Source of the DNA: Acidobacteriota bacterium
GTDB lineage: Bacteria; Acidobacteriota; Terriglobia; Terriglobales; Acidobacteriaceae
NCBI GenBank assembly: GCA_021800255.1
Contig: JAJYZC010000003.1
Coordinates: 44,475-108,474, forward strand
Reading direction: 5' to 3'
Length of the DNA: 64,000 bases
The translations under genes were made by a program, and so were the position numbers. Under the pieces are notes generated by a model that did not search any database, was not told where the DNA came from, and saw only the letters and a program-made list of their open reading frames with translations. Of this stretch, positions 38,081 through 47,088 are shown one piece after another; position 1 is the first letter of the stretch, and each line of letters starts with the position of its first letter.

Positions 38081-38806
38081 TTACGGAATGCCCAGCAACT
38101 TGTGCGTTTGCAGGCTGATGCGCCACTGTGGATGGTCGAGACAGTAGCGCAGCGCCAGTTGCGTGTTGCGCTCGCGGTCAGGCCCATCCATCGGCTGCAA
38201 GAAAAAATGCCGGAAGGCAAGGTCCGCAAAGGCTTCCGGCCCGGCGCCCGGCTGCGGATACACCAGCTTCAGTTCGTCGCCGCTGCGCTGCCGGAGTTCC
38301 GTTCCTGCTTTGGGGCTGACGCAAATCCAGTCCAGCCCGGCCGGCGCGACACAGGTTCCGTTCGTCTCTACGGCAATCTCAAAGCCGCGCCCATGCAGCG
38401 CGCCGATCAGGCTCGCATCGAGTTGCAGCAGAGGCTCGCCGCCGGTGCAGACGACGAATCGCCTCCGCGGCTTGTCCTCCTGAGTAGAGGCCGCTGTGGC
38501 GGCCGCAGTTGAAAGCCTGCTCTGGGCCAGCCGGAGGGGATCTGCGGTTGCTTTTCCGGGCTTGACTGGCGGCCATTTCTCTGCAATCGCCGCAGCCAAT
38601 TCCTTTGCGGTGGGGAACTTCCCGCCGCCCGGCCCGTTGGTATCGGCAAAATCCGTATCGCAGAATTGGCAGACGGCCGAGGCGCGATCCGCTTCACGCC
38701 CCGACCAGAGATTGCACCCGGCAAAGCGGCAGAACACTGCGGCGCGGCCGGTCTGCGCGCCTTCACCCTGCAGCGTATAGAAGATCTCTTTGACGGCGTA
38801 GCTCAT
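38081..38806 (-). CDS. queE: 7-carboxy-7-deazaguanine synthase (CX14CX2C radical SAM type)
   Basis: YAVKEIFYTLQGEG, CNLWSGREADRASAVCQFCDT, CTGGEPLLQL, ETNG, SLQTHK. Confidence 0.93.
   Translation of the reverse strand: MSYAVKEIFYTLQGEGAQTGRAAVFCRFAGCNLWSGREADRASAVCQFCDTDFADTNGPGGGKFPTAKELAAAIAEKWPPVKPGKATADPLRLAQSRLSTAAATAASTQEDKPRRRFVVCTGGEPLLQLDASLIGALHGRGFEIAVETNGTCVAPAGLDWICVSPKAGTELRQRSGDELKLVYPQPGAGPEAFADLAFRHFFLQPMDGPDRERNTQLALRYCLDHPQWRISLQTHKLLGIP
38474..38551 (+). repeat. Degenerate (T/C)GTC-tagged REP-like palindromic element inserted in frame in queE
   Basis: GTCCTCCTGAGTAGA-GGCCGC-TGTG-GCGGCC-GCAGTTGAAAG...GGGGATCTGC resembles recalled GTCATCCTGAGCG...GTCGAAGGATCT elements; coincides with an insertion of about 30 aa. 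Confidence 0.6.
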
Positions 38807-38881
38807 TCAGTTTCCGGCCCCTAGCACCGTGTCTTCGCAGATGAGGAATGGGGTCTGCTCTGGGCTTGTATGCGCATGAAA

Positions 38882-39075
38882 TTCCAATCGCTGGATGTAT
38901 CCATCCTCTAACTTCACCACGCCCCACATTCTTCCCGCAACGGCTTCAGGTTGCGGCTCCGAAGCAGCACGTGAACCCCGGCCGGAGAAACATGTTCGAC
39001 CAGCTTGCGCTTCACCGTCTCCGCGGCGATCAGCCGCACCGTTCACCACGCCGGGCCCGTTTTTGGGCAGCTCGC
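38882..39075 (-). mobile_element. Degenerate IS630-family transposase fragment
   Basis: Frames read W*TVRLIAAETVKRKLV..V.....HVLLRSRNLKPLRE, then MWGVVKLEDGYIQRLE; resembles IS630 RWTVRL...LKPWREK/MWCV.EL..EYI.RME across the frameshift site (recalled similarity). Confidence 0.65.
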
Positions 39076-39224
39076 AAAAGCTGAATTCGCAATCTGTTGC
39101 GCCATCCTATGCTTCTGCTATATCCCAACGCAACATGGCGGCAAAAGTACCTCCCTCGATTAAGTATCTATGAAGACACGGTACTCGTTCGTTGACCGCA
39201 TGAATTCGTTCCGGTTCGCGCTTT

Positions 39225-39255
39225 CCCAGTTCCCAAAGGGAACTTGGGGCACCCC
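39225..39255 (-). repeat. REP-like palindrome with GGTG foot
   Basis: CCCAGTTCCC-AAA-GGGAACTTGGG-GCACCC. Confidence 0.55.
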
Positions 39256-39380
39256 AATGGTGCAAAACAAGCGGTCAAAGACCTAGGTCCGGATGGGGAT
39301 CGGAATCCCAAATCAGCCGGGCAATAGGAGCAAATCCGCAGGTTCACTTTTGCCCAACCTTTATTCGGGCGGAACGCACA

Positions 39381-39407
39381 TCAAGAAGTTCTGTCCGGCG
39401 CCGATAA
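39381..39407 (+). promoter_or_regulatory. Sigma28 (FliA)-type promoter of the chemotaxis operon
   Basis: TCAA-N15-GCCGATAA (TCAAG 39381-39385, GCCGATAA 39400-39407), 127 nt before cheA. Confidence 0.8.
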
Positions 39408-39534
39408 GATACGCAGTCGCGTGCTCACTGCGCCCGCAGCCATCCGTTCCCAGATGAAGTTTGGCAGAAGGAGCCGGCGCTGCGAGGCTGGGAGAGCGCG
39501 CCAAGGAATTAAGCGGTTCCTGGAGTAAAAGCTC

Positions 39535-42129
39535 ATGCAGGAAGATCAGGATGTAATTCGTGAATTTTTAGTTGAGAGCCATGAAAACCTCTCCCGCCTC
39601 GACCAGGAACTGATTGCGCTTGAGTCGCACCCCAAAGACGCGGCCCTTCTGGCGAGCGTTTTCCGCACCATCCACACCATCAAGGGAACCTGTGGTTTCT
39701 TCGCTTTTTCGACCCTCGAGAAGATCACCCATCAGGCCGAGAGCCTTTTGAGCCAACTGCGCGATGGTCAGCGAGAACTCGATCCGTCTTTGGTATCTCT
39801 CATTCTGGAAACCGTGGACGCGACGCGCAAGGTGCTGGCGTCGATTGAAGCCGGCGGCAACGAAGGCCCTGACCTTTATGAAGACCTGATCGGGCGTTTA
39901 CGAGCCGCGGCGCAAGGCTCCGGCAAAATCGAGAACCGGCCGGATTCCGAGCAACAGCCTGACCCTGCAACGGACCTTCACGAAGGGGGCGGTTCCGCGG
40001 AGCGGGCTGACACGGCAAAGCCGGAGGAAGACACCGCCAAATCCTCCGCTGTGGTGGATGCGAACATCCGCGTCGGGGTTGTGCTCCTGGACAAGCTGAT
40101 GGATTTGGTGGGCGAGTTGGTGCTAACCCGTAATCAGATTCTCCAGTTCAACACCGAGCGTGAGGATCCAGCCCTCAACACCACCTCTCAGCGCTTGAAC
40201 CTGATTACCACCGAGCTGCAGGAAGGCGTGATGAAGACGCGCATGCAGCCCATCGGCATGGTCTGGAACAAGCTGCCGCGCGTAGTTCGTGACATGTCGG
40301 TGTCACTTGGCAAGCAGATCCGGCTGGAAACAGACGGCGCCGAAACAGAACTCGACCGGACAATTATCGAGGCCATCAAGGACCCGCTGGTGCACCTGGT
40401 CCGCAATGCCTGCGACCACGGCATTGAGCCTGCGGAGGCGCGTGTGCGCGCGGGCAAGCCCGCCCAGGGAAAACTGTCTCTGCGCGCGTATCACGAGGGC
40501 GGGCAAGTCAACATCGAGATTGGGGATGACGGCGCGGGCGTGGATGTGGAGCGGGTGAAACAGAAGGCCATCGAGAAAGGACTCCTGCGGCCCGAACAGG
40601 CCCAGAAGCTGGGCGACCGGGAGGCGCTGAACCTGATCTTCCAGCCGGGGTTCTCGACGGCGGAGGCCATCACTAAAGTCTCCGGGCGCGGCGTCGGTAT
40701 GGACGTGGTGAGGTCCAATATTGAAAAGATTGGCGGAGTGGTGGACATTAACAGCCTGCCCGGAGTTGGCACCACCGTCAAGCTCAAGATCCCGCTTACT
40801 CTGGCCATCATTCCGGGTCTGGTGATCAACAGCGGCGGCGAGCGGTTCGTCATCCCCCAGGTCAGCCTGCTGGAGTTGATTCGCCTGGAGGGCGACTCCT
40901 CAGAAAAGCACATCGAGTACGTGCACGGCACGCCGGTCTACCGCCGGCGCGGCAGCCTGCTCCCCATCGCCTATCTCAACCAGGTTTTGGGGCTGAAATC
41001 GCCGCAGCGCGCCGAGGCCGTGAGCATGGTGGTGCTGCAGGCCGAGGACCGCCAGTTCGGTCTGGTGGTGGACGGCATCAACGACACGCAGGAGATCGTC
41101 GTCAAGCCGCTGGGTAAGCAATTGAAGGGGCTGACCGTTTACGCGGGCGCGACCATCATGGGCGACGGCAAGGTGGCTTTGATTCTCGACGTGCTGGGTA
41201 TCGGACAGCGTTCCGGGGTGTTGGCCCAATCGCGCGAGCAGACGCGCAGCGCGACAGAACACAAAGCGCAATCGGCGATCGATCAACAGCGGCTGCTCTT
41301 GTTCTGCGCAGGGTCTTTCGAGCGTCTGGCGGTGCCCCTCTCGCTCGTCGCCAGGCTAGAGGAATTCCCGCGATCCTCGATTGAACATGCCGGCGGGCGC
41401 CAGGTGGTGCAATACCGGAACCGCATCCTCCCCCTGGTTTCATTGCGCGAAGTGCTTGAGGCCGGCGGACAGGTTCAGGAGCAAACGGCCGACCCCGCGC
41501 AAGTGATCGTCTTCAACGACGGCGACCGCAGCGTCGGTTTGATGGTCGACCAGATCCTGGATGTCGCAGAAGATGCGGTCACCGTGCGTCAGAATTCGAA
41601 CCGCAAGGGCCTCATGGGCTCGGCGGTGGTGGGCAAGCGGGTTACCGACTTCCTCGATCTCAATTACGTCCTCAGCGCGTCCGCCGAGGACTGGTTCCAG
41701 AGCAAGCGCGCGCCGGCAAACGGCAAGGTGGTCCTGGTGGCCGAAGCCACGGCATTCGCCCGAGGCCTGATTCGGAGCGGTTTGGACATGGCGGGTTACC
41801 GGGTCCTTGAGGCCGCGAATCTGGACGAGGCGATCCGGGAGCTGGAGCAGCATCCGGTCGATATCGCCGTGGCCGCGCTCGATCTTCCGCCGCACGGCAG
41901 CGCCGCTCTGCGGGCCGCGATGGGCCGCCGTCCAGAGTGGAAGGCGATCCCTGTGCTGGCGCTGGCCGAGTCGGCCGAGCAGCTTGAAGCACAGGCCGGC
42001 CAGGCGGCGGATTTTGCCGCTTGCCAAGTGAAATCCGACCGGGAGGCCATGCTCGATGCGGTAGCGCGGCTGGCCGCGGCGCAGCCGGTGACTGAGAACG
42101 AGCCGGTGTGCGTGGGAGAGGAGAGTTAA
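39535..42129 (+). CDS. cheA: Chemotaxis histidine kinase CheA (Hpt, dimerization, HATPase, two CheW-like domains, degenerate receiver)
   Basis: FRTIHTIKG, HLVRNACDHGIE, IGDDGAG, GFSTAE.ITKVSGRGVGMDVV, IPLTLAI. Confidence 0.95.
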   Translation: MQEDQDVIREFLVESHENLSRLDQELIALESHPKDAALLASVFRTIHTIKGTCGFFAFSTLEKITHQAESLLSQLRDGQRELDPSLVSLILETVDATRKVLASIEAGGNEGPDLYEDLIGRLRAAAQGSGKIENRPDSEQQPDPATDLHEGGGSAERADTAKPEEDTAKSSAVVDANIRVGVVLLDKLMDLVGELVLTRNQILQFNTEREDPALNTTSQRLNLITTELQEGVMKTRMQPIGMVWNKLPRVVRDMSVSLGKQIRLETDGAETELDRTIIEAIKDPLVHLVRNACDHGIEPAEARVRAGKPAQGKLSLRAYHEGGQVNIEIGDDGAGVDVERVKQKAIEKGLLRPEQAQKLGDREALNLIFQPGFSTAEAITKVSGRGVGMDVVRSNIEKIGGVVDINSLPGVGTTVKLKIPLTLAIIPGLVINSGGERFVIPQVSLLELIRLEGDSSEKHIEYVHGTPVYRRRGSLLPIAYLNQVLGLKSPQRAEAVSMVVLQAEDRQFGLVVDGINDTQEIVVKPLGKQLKGLTVYAGATIMGDGKVALILDVLGIGQRSGVLAQSREQTRSATEHKAQSAIDQQRLLLFCAGSFERLAVPLSLVARLEEFPRSSIEHAGGRQVVQYRNRILPLVSLREVLEAGGQVQEQTADPAQVIVFNDGDRSVGLMVDQILDVAEDAVTVRQNSNRKGLMGSAVVGKRVTDFLDLNYVLSASAEDWFQSKRAPANGKVVLVAEATAFARGLIRSGLDMAGYRVLEAANLDEAIRELEQHPVDIAVAALDLPPHGSAALRAAMGRRPEWKAIPVLALAESAEQLEAQAGQAADFAACQVKSDREAMLDAVARLAAAQPVTENEPVCVGEES

Positions 42130-42132
42130 CCG

Positions 42133-42612
42133 ATGCCGAGCGATACCGGAACCATGAAGGCCGATGGGGCGCAAACCAGCGGGCAGTTCTCCACGTTTTT
42201 TGTGGCGGATTTGTTCTTTGGCGTGGATGTTCTCCGCGTCCAGGAGGTGCTGCGCTTCCAGCAGATGACCGGCGTGCCGCAAGCGCCGGAGGTCATTGAG
42301 GGGTTGATTAACCTGCGCGGGCAGATCGTCACCGCCATCGACATGCGGCGGCGGCTGAAGTTGCCGCCGCGCGGCGGCGATCTGATGCCGATGAACATGG
42401 TGGTCCGCACCGAGGACGGCGCCGTCAGTCTGCTGGTGGACGAAATCGGAGACGTACTGGATGTGGATCTCGCGACTTACGAGCGGCCGCCGGAAAATCT
42501 CGATCCGGCAGCGCGCGAACTCATCCGCGGCGTCTTCAAGCTGAAAGACCGGCTGCTGCTGGTTCTGGATACGGAGCGGACCGTGGACCTAGCCGTGGGG
42601 AGGGCCGCGTAG
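42133..42612 (+). CDS. cheW: Chemotaxis coupling protein CheW
   Basis: VQEVL, GLINLRGQIVTAID, LLVDEIGDV. Confidence 0.94.
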   Translation: MPSDTGTMKADGAQTSGQFSTFFVADLFFGVDVLRVQEVLRFQQMTGVPQAPEVIEGLINLRGQIVTAIDMRRRLKLPPRGGDLMPMNMVVRTEDGAVSLLVDEIGDVLDVDLATYERPPENLDPAARELIRGVFKLKDRLLLVLDTERTVDLAVGRAA

Positions 42613-42806
42613 TGCCGTCCTTGCGATCAATACGGCGAGAAGGCGTGCACGGTCCTCCGCTGACAGAGCGATGTAACGAGAGGCTGCGGGAATCGTGGCG
42701 CATGGCCAGCGCGAGCGCGCCAGCCAGCGCAAGGCGACAACAAATCACGAGTTTGGCGCCGACGACGGCGAAGTAACCATAACCGGGAAACAAAAGGAGA
42801 GAGAAA

Positions 42807-45500
42807 ATGACAAGACAAGGAAATAACGGCCGGCGCGTGGGCCCCGGCCACGATTCGTCCGCCGGCGCCGCCGTTCTGGACCGCGAAGAGATCACCCTCG
42901 ACAGCCTTGGAGTGGACAAGGCGGAACTGATGGACCTGGTGCCGCAGCCGGTGGTGGTGATGGACTGCGACCACACGATCCTGTACCTCAACAAACCCGC
43001 CGCCGAGACTGCAGGAAAGGCGCGCGAGGCGTGCGTTGGCCTCAAGTTCTGGGATCTGTTCGACAACCAGGCCTGCCGCGCCGGCACCTGCGCGGCCGCC
43101 CAGGCGGTGAACTCAGGAAAGGTGTGCTCGGGAGAAGCGCTGCCGGTGATCCAGGGGAAAAAGGTCGCTGTGCGAGTCACGGCGTCTCCGGTGTTCGATA
43201 ACCGGCGCCAGGTCGCCGGGGTGGTGGAACTGATTGTTCCGATTGACACCGAGGTCGAGTTGTTGGGGCAGGTTACCGCCATCCGCAGGTCGCAGGCGGT
43301 GATCGAGTTCGGCATGGACGGCACGATTCTCGACGCCAACGACAACTTCCTGAAGGCGTTGGGCTACACGCTGGAGGAGATCAAGGGCCGGCACCACAGC
43401 ATGTTTGTGGATGAAGCTTACCGGCAGAGCCCGGAGTACAAGGAGTTCTGGGCCAAGCTAAACCGCGGCGAGTACCAGGCGGCGGAGTACAGGCGCATCG
43501 GCAAGGGCGGCAAGGAGGTCTGGATTCAGGCTTCGTACAACCCCATCCTAGACCTCAACGGAAAGCCGTTCAAGGTGGTGAAATACGCCACCGATATTAC
43601 GCCCGAGAAGAATGCCATCAACGCGATGATCGCCGACGCCATGATGTTGGCGCAGGCGGCGGCAGAGGGCAAGCTGGCCACGCGCGCTGACGCCAGCAAG
43701 CACCAGGGCGACTACCGCAAGGTCGTCGAGGGCGTGAACCAGACCCTGGACGCGGTGATCGGCCCCCTGAACGTGTCGGCGGAGTACGTAGACCGCATCT
43801 CCAAGGGCGACATTCCACCCAAGATCACCGACAATTACAACGGCGACTTCAACGAGATCAAGAACAACCTGAACGCCTGCATCGACAACATCAACGCGCT
43901 GGTTGCCGAGGCCGGCGTGCTGAGCAAGGCGGCGGTGGAGGGCAAGCTGGCCACGCGCGCCGACGCCAGCAAGCACCAGGGCGATTACCGCAAGATCGTG
44001 CAAGGCGTCAACGATACATTGGACGCGGTGATCGGCCCCCTGAACGTGTCGGCGGAGTACGTAGACCGCATCTCCAAGGGCGACATTCCGCCCAAGATCA
44101 CCGACAATTACAACGGCGATTTCAACGAGATCAAGAACAACCTGAACGCCTGCATTGACGCGGTGAATGGGCTGGTGGCCGAAACCGACGTGCTGATCAA
44201 GGCTTCAGTGGAGGGCAAGCTGGGCACGCGCGCCGACGCCAGCAAGCACCAGGGCGCCTACGCCGGCATCGTCAAGGGCGTCAACGAGATGCTGGACGCA
44301 ATTCTCGTGCCCATCGGCGAAGGAAACCGCATCCTGCGCCTGATCCGCGGCGGCAACCTGCGCGAAAAGGTCGAGATCGCCTGCAAAGGCGACCACGAAC
44401 AGATGAAGAACGCCGTAAACGGTATCCATTCATGGCTCACCGATCTGATCGCCTACGTCACAAAGATCGCCAACGGGGATATGTCGGCCACCATGGAGAA
44501 GGCTTCCGATCAGGACCAGATTCATGAATGGCTGGTCCTTCTCAAGACCAACATCCATGCACTAACTTCCGACACGGACGCGCTGGTCAAGGCGGCGGCC
44601 GAAGGAAAGTTGGGCACGCGCGCGGACGTATCCAAACACGCTGGCGACTACCGCAAGATCGTGGAAGGCATCAACAAGACTCTTGAGACGGTGGTTGAGC
44701 CGTTGAAGGTGACGGCGCAGAACGCCACGGCGCTGGCCTCATCGAGTGAGGAGTTGACGGCGGTGAGCCAGCAGATGGCGGGGAATGCGGAAGAGACCGC
44801 GACCCAGGCCAACGTGGTTTCGGCGGCCTCCGAGCAGGTGTCGCGGAATGTAGCCTCGGTCGCCTCGGCCTCCGAGCAGATGCAGGCTTCGATCCGCGAG
44901 ATCGCCAAGAACGCCAACGAGTCGGCGCGCGTGGCGGGGAACGCCGTCAGCGTAGCGCAATCGACCAATCAAACTGTGACGAAACTGGGCGAATCGAGCC
45001 AGGAGATCGGCAACGTAATCAAGGTGATTACCTCGATTGCGCAGCAGACCAACCTGCTGGCACTGAACGCGACCATCGAGGCGGCTCGCGCCGGCGAAGC
45101 CGGCAAGGGCTTCGCGGTGGTAGCCAACGAGGTGAAGGAGCTGGCCAAGCAGACCGCCAAAGCCACCGAGGATATTGGCCGGAAGATCGAGGCCATTCAG
45201 GGCGATACCCAGGGGGCGGTGAAGGCGATCGAGGAGATCGGCACCATCATCAACCAGATCAACGACATCTCCAACAGCATCGCCACGGCGGTCGAAGAGC
45301 AGACCGTGACCACCAATGAGATCGGCCGCAATGTAACCGAAGCGGCCAAGGGGGTCAACGACATCGCCAAGAACATTGGCGGCGTGGCGGTGGCGGCCAA
45401 GAACACCACGCAGGGAGCGAACGACACGCAGAAGGCGTCACAGGAGTTGAGCCGGATGGCGGCCCAGCTCCAGAGCGTGATCTCAAAGTTCACTTTCTGA
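42807..45500 (+). CDS. Soluble chemoreceptor: two PAS domains, poly-HAMP-like repeats, MCP signalling domain
   Basis: No TM segment; [22 protein letters not shown]; [33 protein letters not shown]. Confidence 0.93.
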   Translation: MTRQGNNGRRVGPGHDSSAGAAVLDREEITLDSLGVDKAELMDLVPQPVVVMDCDHTILYLNKPAAETAGKAREACVGLKFWDLFDNQACRAGTCAAAQAVNSGKVCSGEALPVIQGKKVAVRVTASPVFDNRRQVAGVVELIVPIDTEVELLGQVTAIRRSQAVIEFGMDGTILDANDNFLKALGYTLEEIKGRHHSMFVDEAYRQSPEYKEFWAKLNRGEYQAAEYRRIGKGGKEVWIQASYNPILDLNGKPFKVVKYATDITPEKNAINAMIADAMMLAQAAAEGKLATRADASKHQGDYRKVVEGVNQTLDAVIGPLNVSAEYVDRISKGDIPPKITDNYNGDFNEIKNNLNACIDNINALVAEAGVLSKAAVEGKLATRADASKHQGDYRKIVQGVNDTLDAVIGPLNVSAEYVDRISKGDIPPKITDNYNGDFNEIKNNLNACIDAVNGLVAETDVLIKASVEGKLGTRADASKHQGAYAGIVKGVNEMLDAILVPIGEGNRILRLIRGGNLREKVEIACKGDHEQMKNAVNGIHSWLTDLIAYVTKIANGDMSATMEKASDQDQIHEWLVLLKTNIHALTSDTDALVKAAAEGKLGTRADVSKHAGDYRKIVEGINKTLETVVEPLKVTAQNATALASSSEELTAVSQQMAGNAEETATQANVVSAASEQVSRNVASVASASEQMQASIREIAKNANESARVAGNAVSVAQSTNQTVTKLGESSQEIGNVIKVITSIAQQTNLLALNATIEAARAGEAGKGFAVVANEVKELAKQTAKATEDIGRKIEAIQGDTQGAVKAIEEIGTIINQINDISNSIATAVEEQTVTTNEIGRNVTEAAKGVNDIAKNIGGVAVAAKNTTQGANDTQKASQELSRMAAQLQSVISKFTF
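43665..44290 (+). repeat. Intragenic near-identical 273-bp (91-aa) tandem duplication in the MCP
   Basis: GAGGGCAAGCTG starts at 43665, 43938 and 44211; a diverged copy starts at 44601. Confidence 0.9.
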
Positions 45501-45591
45501 TTGGATTGAATGCCGTGGGCACAGCCGGGCGGCTGCGATTGATCCGTCTGACTGCGCCCATGAATTCAAGAGAACGGATGCAGGAAAGACA

Positions 45592-45966
45592 ATGCTAAAA
45601 GCGCTGGTCGTGGACGATTCGAGAGCCGTTCGCATGATCCTGGCGAAGACCCTGAAGGATCTCGGTTATGTGGTCATCGAGGCGGCAAACGGCAAAGAAG
45701 CACTGGACGTGATCGGAGCCGAAAAGACCGCGGTAACACTGGTTTTGGCGGATTGGAACATGCCCGAAGTGAATGGCTTGGAGCTGCTGAAACAGTTGCG
45801 CCAAAATCCAGCCCTTTCTTCGCTGGTAGTGATTATGGTTACCACGGAGACCGAATTGGACCAGATGAAGGCCGCACTGGATGCGGGCGCCAACGAGTAC
45901 GTGATGAAGCCATTCACCAAAGACATCCTGATAGAGAAGCTCCAGCTTGCCGGGATCCGCCCTTGA
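45592..45966 (+). CDS. cheY: Chemotaxis response regulator CheY
   Basis: LVVDDS, LADWNMP, MVTTE, YVMKPF. Confidence 0.93.
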   Translation: MLKALVVDDSRAVRMILAKTLKDLGYVVIEAANGKEALDVIGAEKTAVTLVLADWNMPEVNGLELLKQLRQNPALSSLVVIMVTTETELDQMKAALDAGANEYVMKPFTKDILIEKLQLAGIRP

Positions 45967-45974
45967 GAGGGGAA

Positions 45975-47078
45975 ATGGCTATAGTGAACAAACGTCTGCT
46001 CCAGACCGGAGAGCGGATTCGGGTTCTGGTCGTGGACGATTCCGTCGTCATCCGGCGCTTGGTTACCCACGCTCTCGAGGAAGACCCGGTAGTTGAGGTT
46101 GTGGGCACGGCGTCGAATGGGGCCATCGCGCTGCAACGGATTCCGCAGCTCAATCCCGACGTGCTTACGTTGGACATCGAAATGCCGCAGATGGACGGCT
46201 TGGAGATGCTGCGGCATGTGCGGCGGGATTATCCCCAGTTGCGCGTGATTATGTTCAGCACGCTCACCGAGCGCGGCGCGGCGGTGACCCTCGAAGCCTT
46301 AAGCCTGGGGGCGGACGATTACGTAGCCAAGGCATCCAACGAGGGATCGCTGGATCGCTCGATGGCACGGCTGCGGGAAGAACTCATCCCTAAGATCAAA
46401 CAGTTTTTCAGAATGCCGCAATCGGCGCAAAACCTGGCCGCCGCCTGGCCGGGACCGGCGCAGATTCCGGCTGCGCCGGCGATGCGGCTGGAGACGAAGG
46501 CGCGTCCTAAAGCCGTTGCCATTGGAGTTTCCACGGGCGGTCCAACCGCCTTGGGCGCAATTTTGCCGCAGTTGCCGGCAGGGTTCCACCTTCCCATCCT
46601 GGTGGTGCAGCACATGCCGCCTCTTTTCACCCGCCTGCTGGCCGAGCGTCTTCATACCTCTTGCCAGTTGGCGGTCGGGGAAGCAACTCAGGGTGAGCCG
46701 GTAAATGCAGGCAAGATCCTGATCGCGCCCGGAGACTTTCACATGAAGGTGGCCAGCGACGGCGGCGCAGTGCATGTGAGTCTGGATCAGTCGCCGCCGC
46801 AGAACTCCTGCCGTCCTGCGGTCGATGCGCTATTTGCCTCCATCGGAGAAGTCTACGGCGGCGCCGTGATCGCCGTAATTCTAACGGGAATGGGGCAGGA
46901 CGGGCTGCGCGGGGCACAGATTTTAAAGGCGCAGGGAGCGAGCGTGCTCGCGCAGGATGAGGCTTCGAGCGTGGTGTGGGGAATGCCGGGCGCGGTCGTG
47001 AATGCGGGCATTGCCGATAGTGTGCTGCCTCTGGATCAGGTGGTGCCGGAGATTTTGCGCCGGGCTTTTCGAACTTAG
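45975..47078 (+). CDS. cheB: Chemotaxis methylesterase CheB
   Basis: Receiver VLVVDDS/TLDIEMP; GVSTGGP, VQHMP, ILTGMGQDG. Confidence 0.95.
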   Translation: MAIVNKRLLQTGERIRVLVVDDSVVIRRLVTHALEEDPVVEVVGTASNGAIALQRIPQLNPDVLTLDIEMPQMDGLEMLRHVRRDYPQLRVIMFSTLTERGAAVTLEALSLGADDYVAKASNEGSLDRSMARLREELIPKIKQFFRMPQSAQNLAAAWPGPAQIPAAPAMRLETKARPKAVAIGVSTGGPTALGAILPQLPAGFHLPILVVQHMPPLFTRLLAERLHTSCQLAVGEATQGEPVNAGKILIAPGDFHMKVASDGGAVHVSLDQSPPQNSCRPAVDALFASIGEVYGGAVIAVILTGMGQDGLRGAQILKAQGASVLAQDEASSVVWGMPGAVVNAGIADSVLPLDQVVPEILRRAFRT

Positions 47079-47088
47079 GGAGAACTTG

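Noticed and set aside
39300-39380. c-di-GMP-I riboswitch before cheA
   Set aside because: Only a loose GCAAA...ACGCA resemblance, no GNRA/receptor or P1 match, and it lies upstream of the sigma28 promoter.
42745-42775. Second sigma28 promoter before the MCP gene
   Set aside because: GCCGACGA is imperfect and has no correctly spaced -35 element.
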